From Auanema rhodensis (lineage: Eukaryota > Animalia > Nematoda), in the NCBI GenBank assembly GCA_964057225.1, contig CAXKVF010000077.1, positions 372,001 to 436,000 of the forward strand: a stretch of 64,000 nucleotides of DNA, given 5' to 3'. The translations under genes were made by a program, and so were the position numbers. This document shows positions 1 to 12,400 of this stretch, piece by piece (the stretch's first letter is position 1; each line of letters begins with the position of its first letter). Below the pieces are notes generated by a model. That model searched no databases and was not told the origin of the DNA. It saw nothing but the letters and a program-made list of their open reading frames with translations.

Positions 1-75
1 CAATATCAATAAAAATTTGTTTTTAGACTAATATGGACATGGGGAATCTAATTTTGAAAACCGCATCTCTTCATC

Positions 76-92
76 TTTCACGTGAAGCGAGT
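76..92 (+). other. CENP-B-box-like 17-mer (TTTCACGTGAAGCGAGT), one per monomer
   Basis: Against YTTCGTTGGAARCGGGA it matches 11/17 positions, and 7 of the 9 core positions of nTTCGnnnnAnnCGGGn. Both core mismatches are G>A. Function is not demonstrated. Confidence 0.35.
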
Positions 93-108
93 TACATACC
101 AAGTGCAC

Positions 109-116
109 ATCACGTG
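109..116 (+). promoter_or_regulatory. E-box/G-box ATCACGTG, matching the CDEI consensus RTCACRTG; putative bHLH-ZIP site, one per monomer
   Basis: Exact motif match in nearly all monomers. A second CACGTG lies at 79-84 and CACGTA at 144-149. Binding is inferred only. Confidence 0.3.
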
Positions 117-160
117 TACATTTAATTAGCATAAATTAAAGTTCACGTAAATTTCAAAGT

Positions 161-173
161 CATGGTTACCATG
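161..173. repeat. Odd palindrome CATGGT-T-ACCATG (7-bp arms in the C174A allele)
   Basis: Arms are exact reverse complements. Present in nearly all monomers. Confidence 0.9.
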
Positions 174-3100
174 CACCAATATCAATAAAAATTTGTTTTT
201 AGACTAATATGGACATGGGGAATCTAATTTTGAAAACCGCATCTCTCTATCTTTCACGTGAAGCGAGTTACATACCAAGTGCACATCACGTGTACATTTA
301 ATTAGCATAAATTAAAGTTCACGTAAATTTCAAAGTCATGGTTACCATGAACCAATATCAATAAAAATTTGTTTTTAGACTAATATGGACATGGGGAATC
401 TAATTTTGAAAACCGCATCTCTTCATCTTTCACGTGAAGCGAGTTACATACCAAGTGCACATCACGTGTACATTTAATTAGCATAAATTAAAGTTCACGT
501 AAATTTCAAAGTCATGGTTACCATGCACCAATATCAATAACAATTTGTTTTTAGACTAATATGGACATGGGGAATCTAATTTTGAAAACCGCATCTCTCT
601 ATCTTTCACGTGAAGCGAGTTACATACCAAGTGCACATCACGTGTACATTTAATTAGCATAAATTAAAGTTCACGTAAATTTCAAAGTCATGGTTACCAT
701 GCACCAATGTCAATAAAAATTTGTTGTTAGACTAATATGGACATGGGGAATCTAATTTTGAAAACCGCATCTCTTCATCTTTCACGTGAAGCGAGTTACA
801 TACCAAGTGCACATCACGTGTACATTTAATTAGCATAAATTAAAGTTCACGTAAATTTCAAAGTCATGGTTACCATGCACCAATATCAATAAAAATTTGT
901 TTTTAGACTAATATGGACATGGGGAATCTAATTTTGAAAACCGCATCTCTTTATCTTTCACGTAAAGCGAGTTACATACCAAGTGCACATCACGTGTACA
1001 TTTAATTAGCATAAATTAAAGTTCACGTAAATTTCAAAGTCATGGTTACCATGAACCAATATCAATAAAAATTTGTTTTTAGACTAATATGGACATGGGG
1101 AATCTAATTTTGAAAACCGCATCTCTTTATCTTTCACGTGAAGCGAGTTACATACCAAGTGCACATCACGTGTACATTTAATTAGCATAAATTAAAGTTC
1201 ACGTAAATTTCAAAGTCATGGTTGCCATGAACCAATATCAATAAAAATTTGTTTTTAGACTAATATGGACATGGGGAATCTAATTTTGAAAACCGCATCT
1301 CTTTATCTTTCACGTGAAGCGAGTTACATATCAAGTGCACATCACGTGTACATTTAATTAGCATAAATTAAAGTTCACGTAAATTTCAAAGTCATGGTTA
1401 CCATGCACCAATATCAATAAAAATTTGTTTTTAGACTAATATGGACATGGGGAATCTAATTTTGAAAACCGCATCTCTTTATCTTTCACGTGAAGCGAGT
1501 TACATACCAAGTGCACATCACGTGTACATTTAATTAGCATAAATTAAAGTTCACGTAAATTTCAAAGTCATGGTTACCATGCACCAATGTCAATAAAAAT
1601 TTGTTTTTAGACTAATATGGACATGGGGAATCTAATTTTGAAAACCGCATCTCTTTATCTTTCACGTGAAGCGAGTTACATACCAAGTGCACATCACGTG
1701 TACATTTAATTAGCATAAATTAAAGTTCACGTAAATTTCAAAGTCATGGTTACCATGCACCAATGTCAATAAAAATTTGTTTTTAGACTAATATGGACAT
1801 GGGGAATCTAATTTTGCAAACCGCATCTCTTCATCTTTCACGTGAAGCGAGTTACATACCAAGTGCACATCACGTGTACATTTAATTAGCATAAATTAAA
1901 GTTCACGTAAATTTCAAAGTCATGGTTACCATGCACCAATATCAATAAAAATTTGTTTTTAGACTAATATGGACATGGGGAATCTAATTTTGAAAACCGC
2001 ATCTCTTTATCTTTCACGTGAAGCGAGTTAAATACCAAGTGCACATCACGTGTACATTTAATTAGCATAAATTAAAGTTCACGTAAATTTCAAAGTCATG
2101 GTTACCACGAACCAATATCAATAAAAATTTGTTTTTAGACTAATATGGACATGGGGAATCTAATTTTGAAAACCGCATCTCTTTATCTTTCACGTGAAGC
2201 GAGTTACATACCAAGTGCACATCACGTGTACATTTAATTAGCATAAATTAAAGTTCACGTAAATTTCAAAGTCATGGTTACCATGCACCAATATCAATAA
2301 AAATTTGTTTTTAGACTAATATGGACATGGGGAATCTAATTTTGAAAACCGCATCTCTTCATCTTTCACGTGAAGCGAGTTACATACCATAGTGCACATC
2401 ACGTGTACATTTAATTAGCATAAATTAAAGTTCACGTAAATTTCAAAGTCATGGTTACCATGCACCAATGTCAATAAAAATTTGTTTTTAGACTAATATG
2501 GACATGGGGAATCTAATTTTGAAAACCGCATCTCTTCATCTTTCACGTGAAGCGAGTTACATACCAAGTGCACATCACGTGTACATTTAATTAGCATAAA
2601 TTAAAGTTCACGTAAATTTCAAAGTCATGGTTACCATGCACCAATATCAATAAAAATTTGTTTTTAGACTAATATGGACATGGGGAATCTAATTTTGAAA
2701 ACCGCATCTCTTCATCTTTCACGTGAAGCGAGTTACATACCAAGTGCACATCACGTGTACATTTAATTAGCATAAATTAAAGTTCACGTAAATTTCAATG
2801 TCATGGTTACCATGCACCAATATCAATAAAAATTTGTTTTTAGACTAATATGGACATGGGGAATCTAATTTTGAAAACCGCATCTCTCTATCTTTCACGT
2901 GAAGCGAGTTACATACCAAGTGCACATCACGTGTACATTTAATTAGCATAAATTAAAGTTCACGTAAATTTCAAAGTCATGGTTACCATGCACCAATGTC
3001 AATAAAAATTTGTTTTTAGACTAATATGGACATGGGGAATCTAATTTTCAAAACCGCATCTCTTCATCTTTCACGTGAAGCGAGTTACATACCAAGTGCA

Positions 3101-6100
3101 CATCACGTGTACATTTAATTAGCATAAATTAAAGTTCACGTAAATTTCAAAGTCATGGTTACCATGCACCAATATCAATAAAAATTTGTTTTTAGACTAA
3201 TATGGACATGGGGAATCTAATTTTGAAAACCGCATCTCTTTATCTTTCACGTGAAGCGAGTTACATACCAAGTGCACATCACGTGTACATTTAATTAGCA
3301 TAAATTAAAGTTCACGTAAATTTCAAAGTCATGGTTACCATGAACCAATATCAATAAAAATTTGTTTTTAGACTAATATGGACATGGGGAATCTAATTTT
3401 GAAAACCGCATCTCTTTATCTTTCACGTGAAGCGAGTTACATACCAAGTGCACATCACGTGTACATTTAATTAGCATAAATTAAAGTTCACGTAAATTTC
3501 AAAGTCATGGTTGCCATGAACCAATATCAATAAAAATTTGTTTTTAGACTAATATGGACATGGGGAATCTAATTTTGAAAACCGCATCTCTTTATCTTTC
3601 ACGTGAAGCGAGTTACATACCAAGTGCACATCACGTGTACATTTAATTAGCATAAATTAAAGTTCACGTAAATTTCAAAGTCATGGTTACCATGCACCAA
3701 TATCAATAAAAATTTGTTTTTAGACTAATATGGACATGGGGAATCTAATTTTGAAAACCGCATCTCTTTATCTTTCACGTGAAGCGAGTTACATACCAAG
3801 TGCACATCACGTGTACATTTAATTAGCATAAATTAAAGTTCACGTAAATTTCAAAGTCATGGTTACCATGAACCAATATCAATAAAAATTTGTTTTTAGA
3901 CTAATATGGACATGGGGAATCTAATTTTGAAAACCGCATCTCTTCATCTTTCACGTGAAGCGAGTTACATACCAAGTGCACATCACGTGTACATTTAATT
4001 AGCATAAATTAAAGTTCACGTAAATTTCAAAGTCATGGTTACCATGCACCAATATCAATAAAAATTTGTTTTTAGACTAATATGGACATGGGGAATCTAA
4101 TTTTGAAAACCGCATCTCTTCATCTTTCACGTGAAGCGAGTTACATACCAAGTGCACATCACGTGTACATTTAATTAGCATAAATTAAAGTTCACGTAAA
4201 TTTCAAAGTCATGGTTACCATGCACCAATATCAATAAAAATTTGTTTTTAGACTAATATGGACATGGGGAATCTAATTTTGAAAACCGCATCTCTTCATC
4301 TTTCACGTGAAGCGAGTTACATACCAAGTGCACATCACGTGTACATTTAATTAGCATAAATTAAAGTTCACGTAAATTTCAAAGTCATGGTTACCATGCA
4401 CCAATATCAATAAAAATTTGTTTTTAGACTAATATGGACATGGGGAATCTAATTTTGAAAACCGCATCTCTCTATCTTTCACGTGAAGCGAGTTACATAC
4501 CAAGTGCACATCACGTGTACATTTAATTAGCATAAATTAAAGTTCACGTAAATTTCAAAGTCATGGTTACCATGAACCAATATCGATAAAAATTTGTTTT
4601 TAGACTAATATGGACATGGGGAATCTAATTTTGAAAACCGCATCTCTTCATCTTTCACGTGAAGCGAGTTACATACCAAGTGCACATCACGTGTACATTT
4701 AATTAGCATAAATTAAAGTTCACGTAAATTTCAAAGTCATGGTTACCATGCACCAATATCAATAAAAATTTGTTTTTAGACTAATATGGACATGGGGAAT
4801 CTAATTTTGAAAACCGCATCTCTCTATCTTTCACGTGAAGCGAGTTACATACCAAGTGCACATCACGTGTACATTTAATTAGCATAAATTAAAGTTCACG
4901 TAAATTTCAAAGTCATGGTTACCATGCACCAATGTCAATAAAAATTTGTTGTTAGACTAATATGGACATGGGGAATCTAATTTTGAAAACCGCATCTCTT
5001 CATCTTTCACGTGAAGCGAGTTACATACCAAGTGCACATCACGTGTACATTTAATTAGCATAAATTAAAGTTCACGTAAATTTCAAAGTCATGGTTACCA
5101 TGCACCAATATCAATAAAAATTTGTTTTTAGACTAATATGGACATGGGGAATCTAATTTTGAAAACCGCATCTCTTTATCTTTCACGTAAAGCGAGTTAC
5201 ATACCAAGTGCACATCACGTGTACATTTAATTAGCATAAATTAAAGTTCACGTAAATTTCAAAGTCATGGTTACCATGAACCAATATCAATAAAAATTTG
5301 TTTTTAGACTAATATGGACATGGGGAATCTAATTTTGAAAACCGCATCTCTTTATCTTTCACGTGAAGCGAGTTACATACCAAGTGCACATCACGTGTAC
5401 ATTTAATTAGCATAAATTAAAGTTCACGTAAATTTCAAAGTCATGGTTGCCATGAACCAATATCAATAAAAATTTGTTTTTAGACTAATATGGACATGGG
5501 GAATCTAATTTTGAAAACCGCATCTCTTTATCTTTCACGTGAAGCGAGTTACATACCAAGTGCACATCACGTGTACATTTAATTAGCATAAATTAAAGTT
5601 CACGTAAATTTCAAAGTCATGGTTACCATGCACCAATATCAATAAAAATTTGTTTTTAGACTAATATGGACATGGGGAATCTAATTTTGAAAACCGCATC
5701 TCTTTATCTTTCACGTGAAGCGAGTTACATACCAAGTGCACATCACGTGTACATTTAATTAGCATAAATTAAAGTTCACGTAAATTTCAAAGTCATGGTT
5801 ACCATGCACCAATGTCAATAAAAATTTGTTTTTAGACTAATATGGACATGGGGAATCTAATTTTGAAAACCGCATCTCTTTATCTTTCACGTGAAGCGAG
5901 TTACATACCAAGTGCACATCACGTGTACATTTAATTAGCATAAATTAAAGTTCACGTAAATTTCAAAGTCATGGTTACCATGCACCAATGTCAATAAAAA
6001 TTTGTTTTTAGACTAATATGGACATGGGGAATCTAATTTTGCAAACCGCATCTCTTCATCTTTCACGTGAAGCGAGTTACATACCAAGTGCACATCACGT

Positions 6101-9100
6101 GTACATTTAATTAGCATAAATTAAAGTTCACGTAAATTTCAAAGTCATGGTTACCATGCACCAATATCAATAAAAATTTGTTTTTAGACTAATATGGACA
6201 TGGGGAATCTAATTTTGAAAACCGCATCTCTTTATCTTTCACGTGAAGCGAGTTAAATACCAAGTGCACATCACGTGTACATTTAATTAGCATAAATTAA
6301 AGTTCACGTAAATTTCAAAGTCATGGTTACCACGAACCAATATCAATAAAAATTTGTTTTTAGACTAATATGGACATGGGGAATCTAATTTTGAAAACCG
6401 CATCTCTTTATCTTTCACGTGAAGCGAGTTACATACCAAGTGCACATCACGTGTACATTTAATTAGCATAAATTAAAGTTCACGTAAATTTCAAAGTCAT
6501 GGTTACCATGCACCAATATCAATAAAAATTTGTTTTTAGACTAATATGGACATGGGGAATCTAATTTTGAAAACCGCATCTCTTCATCTTTCACGTGAAG
6601 CGAGTTACATACCATAGTGCACATCACGTGTACATTTAATTAGCATAAATTAAAGTTCACGTAAATTTCAAAGTCATGGTTACCATGCACCAATGTCAAT
6701 AAAAATTTGTTTTTAGACTAATATGGACATGGGGAATCTAATTTTGAAAACCGCATCTCTTCATCTTTCACGTGAAGCGAGTTACATACCAAGTGCACAT
6801 CACGTGTACATTTAATTAGCATAAATTAAAGTTCACGTAAATTTCAAAGTCATGGTTACCATGCACCAATATCAATAAAAATTTGTTTTTAGACTAATAT
6901 GGACATGGGGAATCTAATTTTGAAAACCGCATCTCTTCATCTTTCACGTGAAGCGAGTTACATACCAAGTGCACATCACGTGTACATTTAATTAGCATAA
7001 ATTAAAGTTCACGTAAATTTCAATGTCATGGTTACCATGCACCAATATCAATAAAAATTTGTTTTTAGACTAATATGGACATGGGGAATCTAATTTTGAA
7101 AACCGCATCTCTCTATCTTTCACGTGAAGCGAGTTACATACCAAGTGCACATCACGTGTACATTTAATTAGCATAAATTAAAGTTCACGTAAATTTCAAA
7201 GTCATGGTTACCATGCACCAATGTCAATAAAAATTTGTTTTTAGACTAATATGGACATGGGGAATCTAATTTTCAAAACCGCATCTCTTCATCTTTCACG
7301 TGAAGCGAGTTACATACCAAGTGCACATCACGTGTACATTTAATTAGCATAAATTAAAGTTCACGTAAATTTCAAAGTCATGGTTACCATGCACCAATAT
7401 CAATAAAAATTTGTTTTTAGACTAATATGGACATGGGGAATCTAATTTTGAAAACCGCATCTCTTTATCTTTCACGTGAAGCGAGTTACATACCAAGTGC
7501 ACATCACGTGTACATTTAATTAGCATAAATTAAAGTTCACGTAAATTTCAAAGTCATGGTTACCATGAACCAATATCAATAAAAATTTGTTTTTAGACTA
7601 ATATGGACATGGGGAATCTAATTTTGAAAACCGCATCTCTTTATCTTTCACGTGAAGCGAGTTACATACCAAGTGCACATCACGTGTACATTTAATTAGC
7701 ATAAATTAAAGTTCACGTAAATTTCAAAGTCATGGTTGCCATGAACCAATATCAATAAAAATTTGTTTTTAGACTAATATGGACATGGGGAATCTAATTT
7801 TGAAAACCGCATCTCTTTATCTTTCACGTGAAGCGAGTTACATACCAAGTGCACATCACGTGTACATTTAATTAGCATAAATTAAAGTTCACGTAAATTT
7901 CAAAGTCATGGTTACCATGCACCAATATCAATAAAAATTTGTTTTTAGACTAATATGGACATGGGGAATCTAATTTTGAAAACCGCATCTCTTTATCTTT
8001 CACGTGAAGCGAGTTACATACCAAGTGCACATCACGTGTACATTTAATTAGCATAAATTAAAGTTCACGTAAATTTCAAAGTCATGGTTACCATGAACCA
8101 ATATCAATAAAAATTTGTTTTTAGACTAATATGGACATGGGGAATCTAATTTTGAAAACCGCATCTCTTTATCTTTCACGTGAAGCGAGTTACATACCAA
8201 GTGCACATCACGTGTACATTTAATTAGCATAAATTAAAGTTCACGTAAATTTCAAAGTCATGGTTACCATGCACCAATATCAATAAAAATTTGTTTTTAA
8301 ACTAATATGGACATGGGGAATCTAATTTTGAAAACCGCATCTCTTTATCTTTCACGTGAAGCGAGTTACATACCAAGTGCACATCACGTGTACATTTAAT
8401 TAGCATAAATTAAAGTTCACGTAAATTTCAAAGTCATGGTTACCATGCACCAATATCAATAAAAATTTGTTTTTAGACTAATATGGACATGGGGAATCTA
8501 ATTTTGAAAACCGCATCTCTTTATCTTTCACGTGAAGCGAGTTACATACCAAGTGCACATCACGTGTACATTTAATTAGCATAAATTAAAGTTCACGTAA
8601 ATTTCAAAGTCATGGTTACCATGAACCAATATCAATAAAAATTTGTTTTTAGACTAATATGGACATGGGGAATCTAATTTTGAAAACCGCATCTCTTTAT
8701 CTTTCACGTGAAGCGAGTTACATACCAAGTGCACATCACGTGTACATTTAATTAGCATAAATTAAAGTTCACGTAAATTTCAAAGTCATGGTTACCATGC
8801 ACCAATGTCAATAAAAATTTGTTTTTAGACTAATATGGACATGGGGAATCTAATTTTGCAAACCGCATCTCTTCATCTTTCACGTGAAGCGAGTTACATA
8901 CCAAGTGCACATCACGTGTACATTTAATTAGCATAAATTAAAGTTCACGTAAATTTCAAAGTCATGGTTACCATGCACCAATATCAATAAAAATTTGTTT
9001 TTAGACTAATATGGACATGGGGAATCTAATTTTAAAAACCGCATCTCTTTATCTTTCACGTGAAGCGAGTTACATACCAAGTGCACATCACGTGTACATT

Positions 9101-9499
9101 TAATTAGCATAAATTAAAGTTCACGTAACTTTCAAAGTCATGGTTATCATGCACCAATATCAATAAAAATTTGTTTTTAGACTAATATGGACATGGGGAA
9201 TCTAATTTTGAAAACCGCATCTCTTTATCTTTCACGTGAAGCGAGTTACATACTAAGTGCACATCACGTGTACATTTAATTAGCATAAATTAAAGTTCAC
9301 GTAAATTTCAAAGTCATGGTTACCATGCACCAATATCAATAAAAATTTGTTTTTAGACTAATATGGACATGGGGAATCTAATTTTGAAAACCGCATCTCT
9401 TTATCTTTCACGTGAAGCGAGTTACATACCAAGTGCAAATCACGTGTACATTTAATTAGCATAAATTAAAGTTCACGTAAATTTCAAAGTCATGGTTAC

Positions 9500-12400
9500 C
9501 ATGAACCAATATCAATAAAAATTTGTTTTTAGACTAATATGGACATGGGGAATCTAATTTTGAAAACCGCATCTCTTTATCTTTCACGTGAAGCGAGTTA
9601 CATACCAAGTGCACATCACGTGTACATTTAATTAGCATAAATTAAAGTTCACGTAAATTTCAAAGTCATGGTTACCATGCACCAATATCAATAAAAATTT
9701 GTTTTTAGACTAATATGGACATGGGGAATCTAATTTTGAAAACCGCATCTCTTCATCTTTCACGTGAAGCGAGTTACATACCAAGTGCACATCACGTGTA
9801 CATTTAATTAGCATAAATTAAAGTTCACGTAAATTTCAAAGTCATGGTTACCATGCACCAATATCAATAAAAATTTGTTTTTAGACTAATATGGACATGG
9901 GGAATCTAATTTTGAAAACCGCATCTCTCTATCTTTCACGTGAAGCGAGTTACATACCAAGTGCACATCACGTGTACATTTAATTAGCATAAATTAAAGT
10001 TCACGTAAATTTCAAAGTCATGGTTACCATGCACCAATGTCAATAAAAATTTGTTTTTAGACTAATATGGACGTGGGGAATCTAATTTTGAAAACCGCAT
10101 CTCTTCATCTTTCACGTGAAGCGAGTTACATACCAAGTGCACATCACGTGTACATTTAATTAGCATAAATTAAAGTTCACGTAAATTTCAAAGTCATGGT
10201 TACCATGCACCAATATCAATAAAAATTTGTTTTTAGACTAATATGGACATGGGGAATCTAATTTTGAAAACCGCATCTCTTTATCTTTCACGTGAAGCGA
10301 GTTACATACCAAGTGCACATCACGTGTACATTTAATTAGCATAAATTAAAGTTCACGTAAATTTCAAAGTCATGGTTACCATGAACCAATATCAATAAAA
10401 ATTTGTTTTTAGACTAATATGGACATGGGGAATCTAATTTTGAAAACCGCATCTCTTTATCTTTCACGTGAAGCGAGTTACATACCAAGTGCACATCACG
10501 TGTACATTTAATTAGCATAAATTAAAGTTCACGTAAATTTCAAAGTCATGGTTACCATGCACCAATATCAATAAAAATTTGTTTTTAGACTAATATGGAC
10601 ATGGGGAATCTAATTTTGAAAACCGCATCTCTTCATCTTTCACGTGAAGCGAGTTACATACCAAGTGCACATCACGTGTACATTTAATTAGCATAAATTA
10701 AAGTTCACGTAAATTTCAAAGTCATGGTTACCATGCACCAATATCAATAAAAATTTGTTTTTAGACTAATATGGACATGGGGAATCTAATTTTGAAAACC
10801 GCATCTCTCTATCTTTCACGTGAAGCGAGTTACATACCAAGTGCACATCACGTGTACATTTAATTAGCATAAATTAAAGTTCACGTAAATTTCAAAGTCA
10901 TGGTTACCATGCACCAATGTCAATAAAAATTTGTTTTTAGACTAATATGGACGTGGGGAATCTAATTTTGAAAACCGCATCTCTTCATCTTTCACGTGAA
11001 GCGAGTTACATACCAAGTGCACATCACGTGTACATTTAATTAGCATAAATTAAAGTTCACGTAAATTTCAAAGTCATGGTTACCATGCACCAATATCAAT
11101 AAAAATTTGTTTTTAGACTAATATGGACATGGGGAATCTAATTTTGAAAACCGCATCTCTTTATCTTTCACGTGAAGCGAGTTACATACCAAGTGCACAT
11201 CACGTGTACATTTAATTAGCATAAATTAAAGTTCACGTAAATTTCAAAGTCATGGTTACCATGAACCAATATCAATAAAAATTTGTTTTTAGACTAATAT
11301 GGACATGGGGAATCTAATTTTGAAAACCGCATCTCTTCATCTTTCACGTGAAGCGAGTTACATACCAAGTGCACATCACGTGTACATTTAATTAGCATAA
11401 ATTAAAGTTCACGTAAATTTCAAAGTCATGGTTACCATGCACCAATATCAATAAATATTTGTTTTTAGACTAATATGGACATGGGGAATCTAATTTTGAA
11501 AACCGCATCTCTCTATCTTTCACGTGAAGCGAGTTACATACCAAGTGCACATCACGTGTACATTTAATTAGCATAAATTAAAGTTCACGTAAATTTCAAA
11601 GTCATGGTTACCATGCACCAATGTCAATAAAAATTTGTTTTTAGACTAATATGGACGTGGGGAATCTAATTTTGAAAACCGCATCTCTTCATCTTTCACG
11701 TGAAGCGAGTTACATACCAAGTGCACATCACGTGTACATTTAATTAGCATAAATTAAAGTTCACGTAAATTTCAAAGTCATGGTTACCATGCACCAATAT
11801 CAATAAAAATTTGTTTTTAGACTAATATGGACATGGGGAATCTAATTTTGAAAACCGCATCTCTTTATCTTTCACGTGAAGCGAGTTACATACCAAGTGC
11901 ACATCACGTGTACATTTAATTAGCATAAATTAAAGTTCACGTAAATTTCAAAGTCATGGTTACCATGAACCAATATCAATAAAAATTTGTTTTTAGACTA
12001 ATATGGACATGGGGAATCTAATTTTGAAAACCGCATCTCTTTATCTTTCACGTGAAGTGAGTTACATACCAAGTGCACATCACGTGTACATTTAATTAGC
12101 ATAAATTAAAGTTCACGTAAATTTCAAAGTCATGGTTACCATGCACCAATGTCAATAAAAATTTGTTTTTAGACTAATATGGACATGGGGAATCTAATTT
12201 TGAAAACCACATCTCTTTATCTTTCACGTGAAGCGAGTTACATACCAAGTGCACATCACGTGTACATTTAATTAGCATAAATTAAAGTTCACGTAAATTT
12301 CAAAGTCATGGTTACCATGCACCAATGTCAATAAAAATTTGTTTTTAGACTAATATGGACATGGGGAATCTAATTTTGCAAACCGCATCTCTTCATCTTT

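Larger units (their letters stand above)
1..176 (+). repeat. Representative 176-bp monomer (carries the T72C variant; phase is arbitrary)
   Basis: One full period. Contains PmlI/E-box CACGTG (79-84, 111-116), ApaLI GTGCAC (103-108), BsrGI TGTACA (115-120) and BstEII GGTTACC (164-170). No AluI (AGCT) or HindIII site. Confidence 0.99.
1..8165 (+). repeat. 24-monomer (4225-bp) tandem block duplication
   Basis: Rare variants recur at an offset of exactly 4225: 726/4951, 964/5189, 1224/5449, 2031/6256, +T insertion 2390/6615, 2799/7024, 3049/7274. Confidence 0.93.

Noticed and set aside
8-13. AATAAA polyadenylation signal in each monomer
   Set aside because: Expected by chance in 68% AT DNA, with no gene context.
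33-125. 30-codon ORF MDMGNLILKTAS(L)(Y/H)LSREASYIPSAHHVYI* in each monomer
   Set aside because: Very short, no recognisable domain, and a length expected by chance. Monomer positions 6-31 contain stops in all six frames (forward TAA10, TAG24, TAA29; reverse-strand stops at TCA6, TTA23, CTA28), so no long ORF can exist.
1-176. Tandem 5S rRNA, tRNA, snRNA or spliced-leader gene cluster
   Set aside because: No recognisable 5S, tRNA cloverleaf, Pol III A/B/C box or spliced-leader sequence, and GC is low. An Rfam/Infernal scan would be the formal test.
1-176. Assignment to known ~171-178 bp satellites (alpha satellite, CEN178, Brassica CentBr, honey bee AluI repeat)
   Set aside because: Only the length is similar. 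I recognise no sequence similarity, and the AluI and HindIII sites are absent. No species call is made without a database search.
109-176. Budding-yeast point centromere (CDEI-CDEII-CDEIII)
   Set aside because: The CDEI-like octamer is present, but there is no ~80-bp >90% AT CDEII and no CCGAA-containing CDEIII. Point centromeres are not tandemly arrayed.
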